Shown in pieces: positions 7,852 through 18,262 of a DNA stretch of 32,490 nucleotides. Made by a program: the position numbers and the translations under genes. Positions within the stretch are counted from its first letter, which is position 1. The number at the start of each line of letters is the position of its first letter. The DNA is taken from NCBI GenBank assembly GCA_002254745.1, contig NJED01000001.1:1-32490 (forward strand), in the 5' to 3' direction. The DNA comes from Desulfurococcales archaeon ex4484_217_1. Its GTDB lineage: Archaea > Thermoproteota > Thermoprotei_A > EX4484-217-1. A model generated the notes under the pieces. The model did no database searches, was not told the DNA's origin, and was given only the letters and a program-made list of their open reading frames with translations.

Positions 7852-7943
7852 CTATAATGCACCAGACATCACTACGTCTTCTACGTATTCATACTTTTCT
7901 ATCGTGATACTTAATTTAAACAAGTTAAGATACCTAACTTGAG

Positions 7944-8564
7944 GTGTATGATGTGAGCACATCTGTTGACTACAACACTTGGATTAATAGGAAACGAGCA
8001 TTCTTACGGCGTCTCGAAAGAGATCTAGTAACAGGGTATTTTGATATGGAATTGTACACTCTAATTAAACTATTAAATAGTTTCGATGATATGTTCACCT
8101 TAAGTAGTTGTTCAGGAAGACTTATGCTATTCTCGTCTAAAAGACCATGGGATAGGAAATCCATAAAGATTTACTTGAAAAAACATAATAAGGCGTGTGT
8201 AAGTGAGGTTATTAAAACTTTAGAAGAAAGTAAAGATAAGAACTTATGGTTTGTTTTACAACCTCCTATACTTCACGTATCATGTTTAACTGTTGACAGA
8301 GCTCAGGAACTTCTAAAACTGGCGAGAAACGTTGGGTTTAAGCATAGTGGTATAATAAGTTTTGCTAGAACAGGTATAGTTGTTGAGCTTAGAGGTAATG
8401 AGCATTTGGAAGTCCCTTTAAAGCTTAAGGGTAAGCTTATATGTAGGAAAACGCGCTTGAAAACATTGGTTAAGTGGGCTAATAGAATGCTTATTGAGTC
8501 TAAGAAGAAGATATTTAAATTAGAAAGTGAAATCAAAAGAAACTGGTTAGAAAGGAAAAGGTGA
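7944..8564 (+). CDS. taw3: tRNA wyosine-derivative methyltransferase Taw3 (TYW3 family)
   Basis: 206-aa ORF with the TYW3 hallmark LSSCSGR and LQPPILHVSC blocks. GTG start preceded by TGAGGTG. Confidence 0.8.
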   Translation: MYDVSTSVDYNTWINRKRAFLRRLERDLVTGYFDMELYTLIKLLNSFDDMFTLSSCSGRLMLFSSKRPWDRKSIKIYLKKHNKACVSEVIKTLEESKDKNLWFVLQPPILHVSCLTVDRAQELLKLARNVGFKHSGIISFARTGIVVELRGNEHLEVPLKLKGKLICRKTRLKTLVKWANRMLIESKKKIFKLESEIKRNWLERKR

Positions 8565-9727
8565 TACTGTTGTCTAGGACCGTGAAAACCCCTTTAGACG
8601 TAATTAAACCTCTAACTCCAGGTCAAGAAGAATTTCTGAAAGCTTTACATAGTAAGGATTATGACATAGTTGGAGTTTTTGGTCCTACAGGTACGGGTAA
8701 AAGCCTTCTATCTATAGCTTACGGTATTACAGAGGTTTTAAAGGAAAAGTATCAAAGGTTTATCATAGCAAGGCCGCTTATAGATATAGTGTTGGAAAAG
8801 GAAATTACAGCTGTAGAGCTCGGTAACCTATACTATGATATTATCTCAACGTACATCAGAGACATATTAGCAAGCTTCATAGATTGGAGCATTGTTGAAA
8901 ATCTTATAAAGAAAGAGAAAGTCATACTAGCCGACATACACTTTCTTAGAGGAAGAACATTTGATAACTCAGTACTTTTCCTTGATGATGCTCAAAACAT
9001 TCCTCCTGAAAGCTCGTTGGAATTGCTTATGAGAATGGGTAATAATAGTAAAATGATTATTGCAGGAGATCCTGTGTTCCAGAAGAACCCTGAAATAACC
9101 TTAGATGGAGCTACGCTTCTCCGTGAAGCTTTAATGGGTGAGGAAAGAGCTATTGTAATAGACTTGGGACTCAAAGACATTGTAAGAGTTGGTGCTAAGA
9201 GAGGAATAAAGCTGATATTAGAAGTACGTATGAGAAAAAGAAAACTCAACGATACGGAGAAAGAAATTCTAGATGCAGCTAAAATATACGCTCCTGATGC
9301 CGATATAATAACAGTTGCAGAATTCATTAACGATAAGAAACGATACGAAATAATGAGCGAACATACGCCGGATGCGTTAATAATTACAAAAGAAGGGCAC
9401 TTAGGTAGGCTTATTGGTAGGGGTGGTGAAAGAATAAACAAAATCCAGGAAGAAATAGGGTTAAAATTGAGAGCAATAGAGCTAACGTTAGACTTTAAGG
9501 AGTTTATCAGGGCAATTCATCCAGTAAGCTGGATTCATAAGCATGTAATAGACGCTGATTTCGCTGGTCCTTATATGTTGTTTAAAGTAAACAGAGATGA
9601 CTTTGGACCTTTCGTAGGCCAAAAAGGCTTTCATGTTAAATTCCTAGATGCCGTACTGAGAAAGCTTATGGGTGTAGGTGCTAGAGCATTGGAAGTAGAA
9701 GCACCTAGGAGACGTAGGAGAAGGTAG
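8561..9727 (+). CDS. PhoH-like P-loop ATPase with C-terminal KH domain
   Basis: 388-aa ORF. Walker A GVFGPTGTGKS, Walker B FLDDAQN and the GDP.Q block fit the PhoH family. The C-terminal GRLIGRGGERINKIQEEIG is a KH GxxG loop. The tail is RRRRRR. GTGA overlap with taw3. Confidence 0.75.
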   Translation: MILLSRTVKTPLDVIKPLTPGQEEFLKALHSKDYDIVGVFGPTGTGKSLLSIAYGITEVLKEKYQRFIIARPLIDIVLEKEITAVELGNLYYDIISTYIRDILASFIDWSIVENLIKKEKVILADIHFLRGRTFDNSVLFLDDAQNIPPESSLELLMRMGNNSKMIIAGDPVFQKNPEITLDGATLLREALMGEERAIVIDLGLKDIVRVGAKRGIKLILEVRMRKRKLNDTEKEILDAAKIYAPDADIITVAEFINDKKRYEIMSEHTPDALIITKEGHLGRLIGRGGERINKIQEEIGLKLRAIELTLDFKEFIRAIHPVSWIHKHVIDADFAGPYMLFKVNRDDFGPFVGQKGFHVKFLDAVLRKLMGVGARALEVEAPRRRRRR

Positions 9728-9738
9728 GTAGTGTTTAA

Positions 9739-10599
9739 CTATTTTTCAATGTAATAGTCTAAAACTACTTGGTATTTTCTCGGTCCTACAGATCTTACAA
9801 CACGACTGGATATGAGCTTATAATTTTCAACGTATTTTTTAAGTTCTTGAGAATAAGTTTTCTCTGCTTTTTCTAAACCTTCCCCTCTATTGTCAGCTCT
9901 TATGAACAAATATGTGTGTAAGAACCCTCTATTTTTCAATGATAGAATTGCGTATTTTAAATAGCTAATAGCTAGTTCAGGTAATGGCATAAGTACTCTA
10001 TCGGCAACATGTACTAATTTTTCTAGTATAATTTCAGCTGCATCACCTAATATTGGAATTACATAATCCTCTACCTTATTTATTCTCACGTTCTCAACCA
10101 TGTATTTATAAGCATAAGGGTTAATATCTATTGAAAAAACTTTAACGAGTGAAACTTTTCGAGCTATTATTATCGAAAATATGCCAACACCTGCAAACAT
10201 ATTAACAATTGTTTCACCGGGTTTCACCATTTCCGCTATTCTTTTATGCTCATAGTTTAAAGCAGGAGAAACATATACTTTAGTTATATCGAGCTTAAAT
10301 TTACATCCATGTTCAACATACACTGTTTCACTTCTATACTCTCCAGCTAAGTGAACGTAGTTTCTTAAACGATAAACACCCCTTACTTCAGATGTAGCAC
10401 ACCAGACGCTCTTAACATAGGGTAGTTCTTTAAGTATTTCTTCGCCTATAGCCTTTATGTCTTCAATATTTACGTCAGGAGGTTTACGTATAATAGCTAT
10501 GTCTCCTACTATTTCGATTCGTGACCACACCTTTTTAGCCTTCTTATCACCTAGAACTTTATGGGCAAGTTTACGAATTAAAGACATACGCTTACCCAA
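9739..10599 (-). CDS. Trm5/Taw2(Taw22) family SAM-dependent tRNA methyltransferase
   Basis: 286-aa ORF. NMFAGVGIFSI (SAM motif I of Trm5/TYW2), DINPYAYKYMVENVRINKV and MPLP blocks. It is convergent with the PhoH-like gene. Confidence 0.75.
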   Translation of the reverse strand: MGKRMSLIRKLAHKVLGDKKAKKVWSRIEIVGDIAIIRKPPDVNIEDIKAIGEEILKELPYVKSVWCATSEVRGVYRLRNYVHLAGEYRSETVYVEHGCKFKLDITKVYVSPALNYEHKRIAEMVKPGETIVNMFAGVGIFSIIIARKVSLVKVFSIDINPYAYKYMVENVRINKVEDYVIPILGDAAEIILEKLVHVADRVLMPLPELAISYLKYAILSLKNRGFLHTYLFIRADNRGEGLEKAEKTYSQELKKYVENYKLISSRVVRSVGPRKYQVVLDYYIEK

Positions 10600-10633
10600 T
10601 CCTAATCAATCACCTTAGTGGAAGTGCTTTAGT

Positions 10634-11071
10634 ATGTCAGGAAAACTGTATGTTGAGTGGATTCCTAAGAGAGGTTCTTTAATGGTTACGTTTAAACCTT
10701 ACGAGTTAACTATAGCATTTAAGAATATAGTCTTTATGTTTCTTCCAAGAGAAGCTAGAGTTTCGAATAATGTAAAAGAGTATAGGGGAAGCAAGTACGG
10801 TAGAAAACGTTACATATGTGTTAAACTAAGTAGTAGCGTTATCCCTATATCTGCAAAAGGAGAACCTATAGTAAAACCAAGAATTATTGGGAACTTTGAG
10901 CTTAGATATACTAATTTAGATTTCTTAAGATTCCTAACCATAATAACCCCGGGCGCTTTTCTATACAACTATGCTATTTTGTTCGATGAAGGATTATGTA
11001 TTGAAACTTCAGCTAATAAGGAAGTTTATTTTGAAGAAATAAAGGACTCGTTAACTATTTACTTTGTTTAA
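10634..11071 (+). CDS. hypothetical protein
   Basis: 145-aa ORF with no recognisable motifs. Its 3' end overlaps the convergent amidohydrolase remnant by 17 nt. Confidence 0.4.
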   Translation: MSGKLYVEWIPKRGSLMVTFKPYELTIAFKNIVFMFLPREARVSNNVKEYRGSKYGRKRYICVKLSSSVIPISAKGEPIVKPRIIGNFELRYTNLDFLRFLTIITPGAFLYNYAILFDEGLCIETSANKEVYFEEIKDSLTIYFV

Positions 11072-12211
11072 AGATAGGAAGCTCTTCTAGTTTCTTTGAC
11101 AAAACCCTTTTAGCCTTTTCAATATCCCTGTCTCCTATTGTAAGTACTTCGCCTCCATCAACTAATACTTCGCCTCTAACAATAACTGTTTCAATATTAG
11201 CTCTAGAGAACAGTACTGCAGAATAGTACGCTTTCCTATAGGGCCATCCTTCAGGCGTTTTTGCATTTATAGCAACTATATTTGCATCGTAGCCTGGTTT
11301 TATGAGACCATGTTTCTCTATGCCTGGGAATTTAGCTAGGCCTCCTGTGGCCATTTTTAATATTTCGAAAGGCTGAAGTCTGGGAGGAGTACCGTACAGA
11401 TTGTTTGTTAAATACATTGCCAATCTGGCTTCTGCTAGTACATCCCACTCAGGATTTATGTCTATTCCAAACCCTACTCTTACATTTTTGCGTAACATAT
11501 TAATTAATGGCGCTATGCCGGATAGTAGCAATGTATTCGATATTGGGCAATGGGCAATATTAGTTAGCGTTTTAGCTACATAGTCTATTTCTCTTTCAGA
11601 AACCCAGACTGCGTGAGCTAGCAGCGTTTTCTCTCCTAGAAACCCCATGTCCCTAAGCACTTCTACGGGTCTTTTACCGAACTTCTTCTTAGCGTATTTT
11701 ACATCCTCTTGTACTTCAGATATGTGCATGTGTATGTAGAAGTTTTGTTCTTTAGCTATAGTGGATATTTCTTGAAGCTGATCAGGCTTAAGAAACCTTA
11801 TACCGCATGGACCTAGGGAAACTGTTATCCTATTATCATCTACTCCATTCCATTTTTTAAAGAGAACCATATTTTCCTTTAGCGTTTCTTCATACGTTTT
11901 TATTTGAGTATCCATTATTGCAACAGAGAGATTAGCTATTATACCTGATTCTTGAACAGCTTTAGCAACGGAGTTGGTAGGATTCTTCCGGTGTAAGGGA
12001 TTTCTTTATGGTAACTTATAAAGCCTGGAAGAACTATTCTACCCCTTAGGTTAAGTACTAAGTCAGCATACCTATAGTCGTGAGGTAACTCACTTACTTT
12101 GCCAGCACTAATTATTTTGCCATTGTCAATGTATATGTAACCTTCATCTATTACATCATTTTCGCTTACCATAGTAAGCACTGTAGGGTATAAGAGAAGA
12201 ATAGACGTCAT
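11055..12211 (-). pseudogene. amidohydrolase (MTA/SAH/adenosine deaminase MtaD-like family) disrupted by internal deletion plus frameshift
   Basis: Two ORFs, 11939..12211 and 11055..11915, lie in different frames. The N-fragment ends at LPGFISYH, where the HxH metal motif should begin. The C-frame is open from about 12005 and resumes with NSVAKAVQESGIIANL, then KKWNG...SLGP, YIHMHISE, LLAHAV and GFGIDIN. About 50 residues expected between these blocks are absent. Confidence 0.6.
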
Positions 12212-12255
12212 AAATGTAATACACCTTATACTAAGTTTTTAGAAAAATGTTTAAG

Positions 12256-12828
12256 CTATATTGAAGCTAATATTCTTTTAATTTCTTCTATTTTCTGCCT
12301 ATACTTAGATATTTCTGCTTCTAAGTTTGACTTTTCTGCTTCAAGGCTTCTAACTTTCTCTTCCAAGTTCTTCACTTTGTTTTCTAAAGCTGCTTTAGCG
12401 CTATGAAGTTTCTCAATTTCTTTTTTTAACTTTTCTACTTCTTTCTTATACGCTTCCTCTGGCGTGATTTTAGCTACTATTTCCGGGATTTCTATTTTAA
12501 CTCCTTCGCGGAGAAATCTTTGGTAAGTTTCTTGAATCAGTTTACCTGCTTTAGTTTTCCCGGTAAGGTGATTTCTTATTGTGCCTTCGCTTCTACCAAG
12601 CTCATCGGCTATCATGGTAACTGTATAGCCTGCTTTAGACCTTGCAAGTGCAGCTGCTGCAACAGCTAAGCTGTCAACCCATGTTAATCTTTCTTCAGCT
12701 TTCCTTATTTCCTCTATTACATCAGGTCTTAGTAGTGTAGCAATTAGAAGGGCTGTTTCTAGTTTATGAATATCCTGCTTACCTAAGGGTCTTAAAGGTA
12801 TTTCCTCGGCCATATTCTTTTTCACCAT
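12256..12828 (-). CDS. HTH DNA-binding protein with C-terminal coiled coil
   Basis: 190-aa ORF. GYTVTMIADELGRSEGTIRNHLTGKTKAG is HTH-like. The C-terminal ~70 residues are heptad-like and rich in E, K and L (EKLKKEIEKLHSAKAALENKVKNLEEKVRSLEAEKSNLEAEI). Confidence 0.55.
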   Translation of the reverse strand: MVKKNMAEEIPLRPLGKQDIHKLETALLIATLLRPDVIEEIRKAEERLTWVDSLAVAAAALARSKAGYTVTMIADELGRSEGTIRNHLTGKTKAGKLIQETYQRFLREGVKIEIPEIVAKITPEEAYKKEVEKLKKEIEKLHSAKAALENKVKNLEEKVRSLEAEKSNLEAEISKYRQKIEEIKRILASI

Positions 12829-12878
12829 TGTAATATAGTGGTTTAATGTTTTAAGTATTTTAATCTCCGTAAACTAAG

Positions 12879-13385
12879 TTGAGGCTTAACGAAATGGTGT
12901 TTATTGAACTACGTATAAAAAACATCCAAAAACCTAGATTTAGAGAGAAAATATTAGGATACATTATTGCTGAATACTCAATATTTAAACTGGGGTTAAT
13001 GTGTTACGAAGATATACCGAGAGGCAAAGTTTTCGAGCTATTCACGTTAGTTGATAGATACGATGACTACCCGCTATTTAGATATACTGAAGTAGAGGGA
13101 GATGCAGGGTATGGTACATTACTTGGACAGACAAAATACTTTAACGAGCTACGTAAGTTAATCCCTAAATTAAAATACTATGTAAGCCCATGGAATACTG
13201 TGCTAAGCCTCATATCCTATGTTGAAGGTAAAGTATTTGATAGTGAGAGTTTCAAAAAGAGAATAGCCATTAAGGACAATAAGTTTACTAGAGGGTGGAA
13301 TAACTTCTTTACGACATTCGATCAAGAAGTCTTCGAAAGTACGGTAAAGAAAATAGGGATTTCATTTATAGTTAAGGTTATTTAA
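12879..13385 (+). CDS. hypothetical protein
   Basis: 168-aa ORF with a TTG start (alternative ATG 12894). No recognisable motifs. Confidence 0.45.
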   Translation: MRLNEMVFIELRIKNIQKPRFREKILGYIIAEYSIFKLGLMCYEDIPRGKVFELFTLVDRYDDYPLFRYTEVEGDAGYGTLLGQTKYFNELRKLIPKLKYYVSPWNTVLSLISYVEGKVFDSESFKKRIAIKDNKFTRGWNNFFTTFDQEVFESTVKKIGISFIVKVI

Positions 13386-13389
13386 ATTC

Positions 13390-15191
<1,802 letters not shown>

Positions 15192-15199
<8 letters not shown>

Positions 15200-16187
15200 T
15201 TTTCGTTACCTCCAATATATTGCTTATTATTTCGCTAACATCTGCTGCCTTAGGGGGCCATGTCCTTAAAAGATCACGCATAAGTAGCGGTATGGCTTGA
15301 GGAGCTATTACCCCATACTCTGTTATTATGGCATCTACGTACTCTGGAGGTATGACATCTAATACAGGTATTTCTGTTTTAATACCTCCTATTTTCTCCT
15401 TTACTTCTCCGGGTAATATGGTTTCTTCAGGTGCTTGAGGTATCCTAACGAGTTCTCCAAAAACTGTTTCATAGTTGAATTTGAGCGTTGATGCGGCTAC
15501 GAAAACCCTAACCCTAGCTTCATGAGCTATTAGGGCCATGAGCGACGAGCCGACTTTACTAATTACTGCTCCATTAGCTGCTACAGCTTCTGCTCCCAGA
15601 AGCACCCTAGTAGTATACTTCATGAAATATCTCATGGCCGAGTCTACAATTAAAGTTACCTTTAGCCCCAATTTGCTTAGTTCAGAAGCAACTATTTTCC
15701 CATCGTCGCCTGGCCTAGATTCTGTAACAAAAACTTCGAATTTTTTACCTTGTTCCAAAGCTTTTTCAAAAATCTTCATAACTGTCTTACTATAAGCAGA
15801 AGTCATTATTATGTCTCCTGGAATTATTCTATTAGCACCTATGGTAGCTATTCTTTCTATGCTGTTCGTCATTCTACCTTTTATTCTCCTGATCTTGTTC
15901 AGTAATGCTTCCTTGGCTTTGGGCAATTTAGGCTTACTATTAACTACATTGTTTAATTCTAGTAAAATGTCCCTAGAACAGTTAATTAGCATTGCAGCTG
16001 TAGGTCTAACCTTAATTACTTCATTTACCATATAGATAATGTCTAATACTAATGAGTTAAGATCTTTAGACTTCTTAATTATGCACTCTAGAGTATTAAG
16101 AGTTTCCTCAACTAGCTCTGTTGAACTTCTAATTTTCCAAGATATAATGTTACTGACAAGTTTCGAAACTAAAGTTTTTGCTTCCAT
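15192..16187 (-). CDS. aIF-2B alpha/beta/delta-like family protein (non-catalytic-looking paralogue)
   Basis: 331-aa [54 protein letters not shown] and DVIPPEYVDAIITE fit the eIF-2B family. It has IMTSAYS and GAEAV where the neighbouring remnant has THC and ADT. Confidence 0.8.
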
Positions 16188-16204
16188 ATTTTCATCCTTA
16201 AAGC

Positions 16205-17044
16205 TTACATGGTTAAGGAAGGATAGAAATACTTCTTGCCTTTTTTTGTCTTTATATTATCCCACCCGTAAAGTATGCGGACAGCTTCATTAGCTACTTT
16301 TATAGCATCTTCTACGCCAGCATCTACAATGAATTCGTCAGTTACCCTATTGGCTACTGCAGCACATACACTACCAGCTCTGGCACCATAAATGTTAGCT
16401 AGTGTAAATATTGTAGAAGATTCCATTTCAAAATTTAAAACATTTGCTCTTTGAAGATCAGAGATTATGTTTTTCATCCAGCTTAACATATAACCCTTAA
16501 ACCCGGGTCTACCTTGTCCAGTATAGAAAGAATCCGTGGAAGCTGATATGCCTACGTGATATTTTACTCCTAAACTTTCTGCCGCTTCAATAAGTGCTAA
16601 AACAACTTCATAGCTGGCGGCAGCAGGGTACTCTGTAAATACGTACTGCTTACTTGTTCCATCAAGTCTTACAGCAGCTGTAGTAATTATTAAGTCCCCA
16701 ACTCCAATGAACTTTTGAATAGCCCCCGTAGTACCTACTCTTATGAATGTGTGGGCACCTACACGTAAAAGCTCTTCAACAGCTATTGCAGCCGCCGGCC
16801 CGCCTATACCAGTACTTGTTGCAGATATGGGAGCTCCTCTATACTTCCCGGTGAAAGTTACGTACTCTCTATGCTTTGCTACTTCTCTTTTCTCATCCCA
16901 GTACTTGGCGATTCTGTAAACTCTTCCTGGGTCTCCAGGCAAAAGAACATATGGAGCTACATCTCCAGGTTTGCAGTGAATGTGGTATTGTTTACCCTTC
17001 TCTGTTTGAGGCACTGCTGCAGAAACTATTTTCTCCTTAAACAT
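16205..17044 (-). CDS. udp: uridine/nucleoside phosphorylase (PNP_UDP_1 family)
   Basis: 279-aa ORF. LLPGDPGRV..IA, REY.TFTG.Y.G.PIS..STGIGGPAAAIAVEEL and FIRVGTTGA fit the pattern of Udp/DeoD-type phosphorylases. Confidence 0.8.
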   Translation of the reverse strand: MFKEKIVSAAVPQTEKGKQYHIHCKPGDVAPYVLLPGDPGRVYRIAKYWDEKREVAKHREYVTFTGKYRGAPISATSTGIGGPAAAIAVEELLRVGAHTFIRVGTTGAIQKFIGVGDLIITTAAVRLDGTSKQYVFTEYPAAASYEVVLALIEAAESLGVKYHVGISASTDSFYTGQGRPGFKGYMLSWMKNIISDLQRANVLNFEMESSTIFTLANIYGARAGSVCAAVANRVTDEFIVDAGVEDAIKVANEAVRILYGWDNIKTKKGKKYFYPSLTM

Positions 17045-17118
17045 TGTTCACCTCAATTAAGCTTTAATATACTATATGCGTTGAAAAGCTAAATACTTCT
17101 CTCACAACAGTAAATATT

Positions 17119-17188
17119 CTAGGAGATGATGAACCTTTCCCTCTCTGAGCGAAAGCCGATGATATAAATGGCCGCAGCTGACCAGTAG
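17119..17188 (+). ncRNA. C/D box sRNA (2'-O-methylation guide)
   Basis: C box ATGATGA 17126..17132; 12-nt guide ACCTTTCCCTCT; D' box CTGA 17145..17148; GC-GAAA-GC mini-hairpin; degenerate C' box ATGATAT 17159..17165; 12-nt guide AAATGGCCGCAG; D box CTGA 17178..17181. Flanking CTAGG/CC..TAG can form a short terminal stem. The element is intergenic. Confidence 0.7.
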
Positions 17189-17199
17189 GGTTTTAAATA

Positions 17200-17586
17200 A
17201 TGTCTAAAGTAAGAATAATTGACGGCTATAGGAGAATTCTTGCTGTTCAAAGAGAGTACGTAGAGGAACTTAAAGAATACAATAACTTAGTTAAGAAGTT
17301 TGGATTTTACTTAAAACCAACACACGTAGTCAGTGTGAAAGGTAAGAAGTATATTTATCATGGTCGCTACTGGTGGAAAATAACCTACGTTAGAGAACAT
17401 GGAAAAACTAAGGTCAAGTGGAAATATGTGGGTAAAGATGTTCCCAGAGGCCTTCCTCAACCCCCTCGCAATCCTCTTAAAGGGTTAAACTATATGAGAG
17501 AAGGAAACGATGTCATTCTTAACCTAGACTCCTTCTCAAAATTTAAACACATATTTTACGGATTAAAACTAGTTATTAAGGAATAG
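17200..17586 (+). CDS. hypothetical protein
   Basis: 128-aa ORF, basic and rich in Trp/Tyr (KKYIYHGRYWWKITYVREHGKTKVKWKYVG). It begins 19 nt after the sRNA D box. Family not recognised. Confidence 0.5.
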   Translation: MSKVRIIDGYRRILAVQREYVEELKEYNNLVKKFGFYLKPTHVVSVKGKKYIYHGRYWWKITYVREHGKTKVKWKYVGKDVPRGLPQPPRNPLKGLNYMREGNDVILNLDSFSKFKHIFYGLKLVIKE

Positions 17587-17662
17587 TTTAGAAGCCAACA
17601 TAGTGTATTATGTTTTAGAGTTTTTATTTAAAGCTTTTATACTCATACATTTTTAGAAATAC

Positions 17663-18238
17663 TTGAAACGGAATTTAGAAACCAAGGTGTATGTGTATAT
17701 GCCTAGAAGAAGAAAAAGTTTCTGGGACATTTTTGACGAATTTTTTGAAGACATTTTTGAAAACCTTGATAAGGAGTTTAGAGATTGGATGAGAAGAATA
17801 GAGAGAATGGAAGAATTAGCTGAAGAATTTGGAGAAAGAAGAGTATATGGTCCTTACGTTTACGGTTTCAGTATAACCATAGGCCCCGACGGTAAACCTA
17901 TAATTAAAGAGTTCGGCAATGTTAGACGTATTGCAGGCAGACCAAAGATTTCTGAGGAAAGAGAACCTCTTGTAGATGTTATAGAGGATAAGGATACAAT
18001 AACAGTTGTTGCTGAAGTTCCCGGAGTGAACAAGGAGGATATAGATGTAAAAATTAAGGGCAGGACATTAGTAATCTCAGCAGCTAGTGGTGATAGGAAG
18101 TACTATAAAGAAGTAGAATTACCTGCTGATGTTAAACCTGAAACAGCTAAAGCAAACTATAGAAACGGCGTCCTTGAAGTTAAAATAAAGAAAGTAAAGG
18201 AGGAAGCTGAGGAAGGATTTAAAATTAGGGTAGAGTAA
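17663..18238 (+). CDS. small heat shock protein (Hsp20/alpha-crystallin family)
   Basis: The alpha-crystallin domain is VDVIEDKDTITVVAEVPGVNKEDIDVKIKGRTLVISA...YKEVELPADVKPETAKANYRNGVLEVKIKK. The probable true start is ATG 17699, preceded by AAGGTG. The ORF-track start at 17663 is TTG. Confidence 0.85.
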   Translation: MKRNLETKVYVYMPRRRKSFWDIFDEFFEDIFENLDKEFRDWMRRIERMEELAEEFGERRVYGPYVYGFSITIGPDGKPIIKEFGNVRRIAGRPKISEEREPLVDVIEDKDTITVVAEVPGVNKEDIDVKIKGRTLVISAASGDRKYYKEVELPADVKPETAKANYRNGVLEVKIKKVKEEAEEGFKIRVE

Positions 18239-18262
18239 TTTTAGTGCCCAAGCTGTTTAACT

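Noticed and set aside
7523-7942. 139-aa ORF antisense to the tRNA-binding protein gene
   Set aside because: The opposite frame encodes an unmistakable Trbp111-type domain. This frame is Pro/Ser/Leu/Thr-rich with no motifs.
8992-9441. 149-aa ORF antisense within the PhoH-like gene, and similar long antisense ORFs at 22953..23384 and 26520..27005
   Set aside because: All are embedded opposite well-supported genes and show Ser/Leu/Phe-rich shadow composition. Long antisense ORFs are expected from the codon bias of the sense genes.
17166-17177. Possible targeting of the 16S rRNA 3' end by the D guide of the C/D sRNA (target CUGCGGCCAUUU versus the conserved ...CCUGCGGCUGGAUCACCUCC)
   Set aside because: Only about 7 contiguous nucleotides (CUGCGGC) match the generic conserved sequence and the rest diverges. 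That is not enough for a guide-target call without this organism's rRNA sequences.
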